From Nitrospinota bacterium (lineage in GTDB: Bacteria; Nitrospinota; Nitrospinia; Nitrospinales; VA-1): 16,047 nt of DNA. Every line of letters begins with the position of its first letter. Position 1 is the first letter of the stretch. The stretch is taken from NCBI GenBank assembly GCA_038108555.1, contig JAYNIA010000046.1, positions 6,047 to 22,093 of the forward strand, read 5' to 3'. A program made the position numbers and the translations under genes. This document shows positions 15,607 through 16,047 of the stretch, one piece after another. A model generated the notes under the pieces. The model worked only from the letters and a program-made list of their open reading frames with translations, had not been told where the DNA came from and ran no database searches.

Positions 15607-15865
15607 TTAAATTCCAAGTAAAAAGGAAGCACTTAATGCATCTATTTAGCAGGTTCGATAGTCTAAAGCAAATATCTCAATCAACCACTAATAAATCAAA
15701 TAGTCAGAAATAAAATTTTATTGTCCTTGTTAGACGATACGGATCAAATAAATATAATACAGTGTTTCTTTCCCTGGCACTTTTCGGCTGGGTCGGCGGA
15801 TTGGTGGTCGCTACAAGAGCTACCATGCAACCGAAAACAGATGAATGTACCTATAATTAATCGAA

Positions 15866-16047
15866 TCACCCCACCGGGCGGGAGGGGAGGTTCAATCGCT
15901 TCAATGCAGCGATACGTTCATCCAGCGGGGGATGACTGGAAAATAGCGCTGAAACTTTTCCGGCATTAAATGCCAGCGCTGCCATTTCATCGGGCAGTTC
16001 CGGGGTTTCATGCGCGGCTTTAAGCCGTTCAAGCGCATTGATCATAT
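15866..16047 (-). CDS. htpX: Protease HtpX (M48), C-terminal part (5' truncated by window edge)
   Basis: Own translation: MINALERLKAAHETPELPDEMAALAFNAGKVSALFSSHPPLDERIAALKRLNLPSRPVG*. It carries the HtpX C-terminal MI.AL.RL and LF.SHPPL..RI.AL signatures. Confidence 0.88.
   Translation of the reverse strand, partial: MINALERLKAAHETPELPDEMAALAFNAGKVSALFSSHPPLDERIAALKRLNLPSRPVG

Noticed and set aside
15774..15790. CTGGCAC as a third sigma-54 promoter
   Set aside because: There is no TTGC-like -12 element at the required spacing.
15721..15969. 82-aa + strand ORF from the track
   Set aside because: It overlaps the antisense of the clearly recognisable htpX 3' end and has no RBS or protein-like features.

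Overview
The window is a bacterial chromosome segment. A marine Nitrospina-like nitrite oxidiser is plausible, but that is inference only. The first ~12.7 kb is mostly housekeeping: grpE 3' end, mutM/fpg, a tandem two-receiver CheY-like protein, a B12-binding radical SAM protein, ilvD, a 315-aa hypothetical, an orphan EbdC/NxrC-like heme b lipoprotein, an M16 peptidase, a membrane protein and dnaE. The most unusual part is 12.88-15.39 kb, which holds two paralogous self-contained cassettes. Each has paired AT-rich palindromes at about -125/-105, an identical sigma-54 -24/-12 promoter, an identical 49-nt leader/start region, a signal-peptide ORF, a conserved structured 3' element and a strong terminator. 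The ORF carries an F-x-E-E-x-x-x-K-G-I motif: three copies at an exact 44-aa period in the 135-aa protein, and one copy in a 44-aa sORF missing from the ORF track (predicted mature 14-mer NPGLFVEEMAVKGI). The 3' element has a 12-13 nt perfect complement to the 5' UTR next to the RBS. A sigma-54 enhancer-binding protein with no N-terminal sensor domain follows. The window ends with a small hypothetical gene and the 3' end of htpX.
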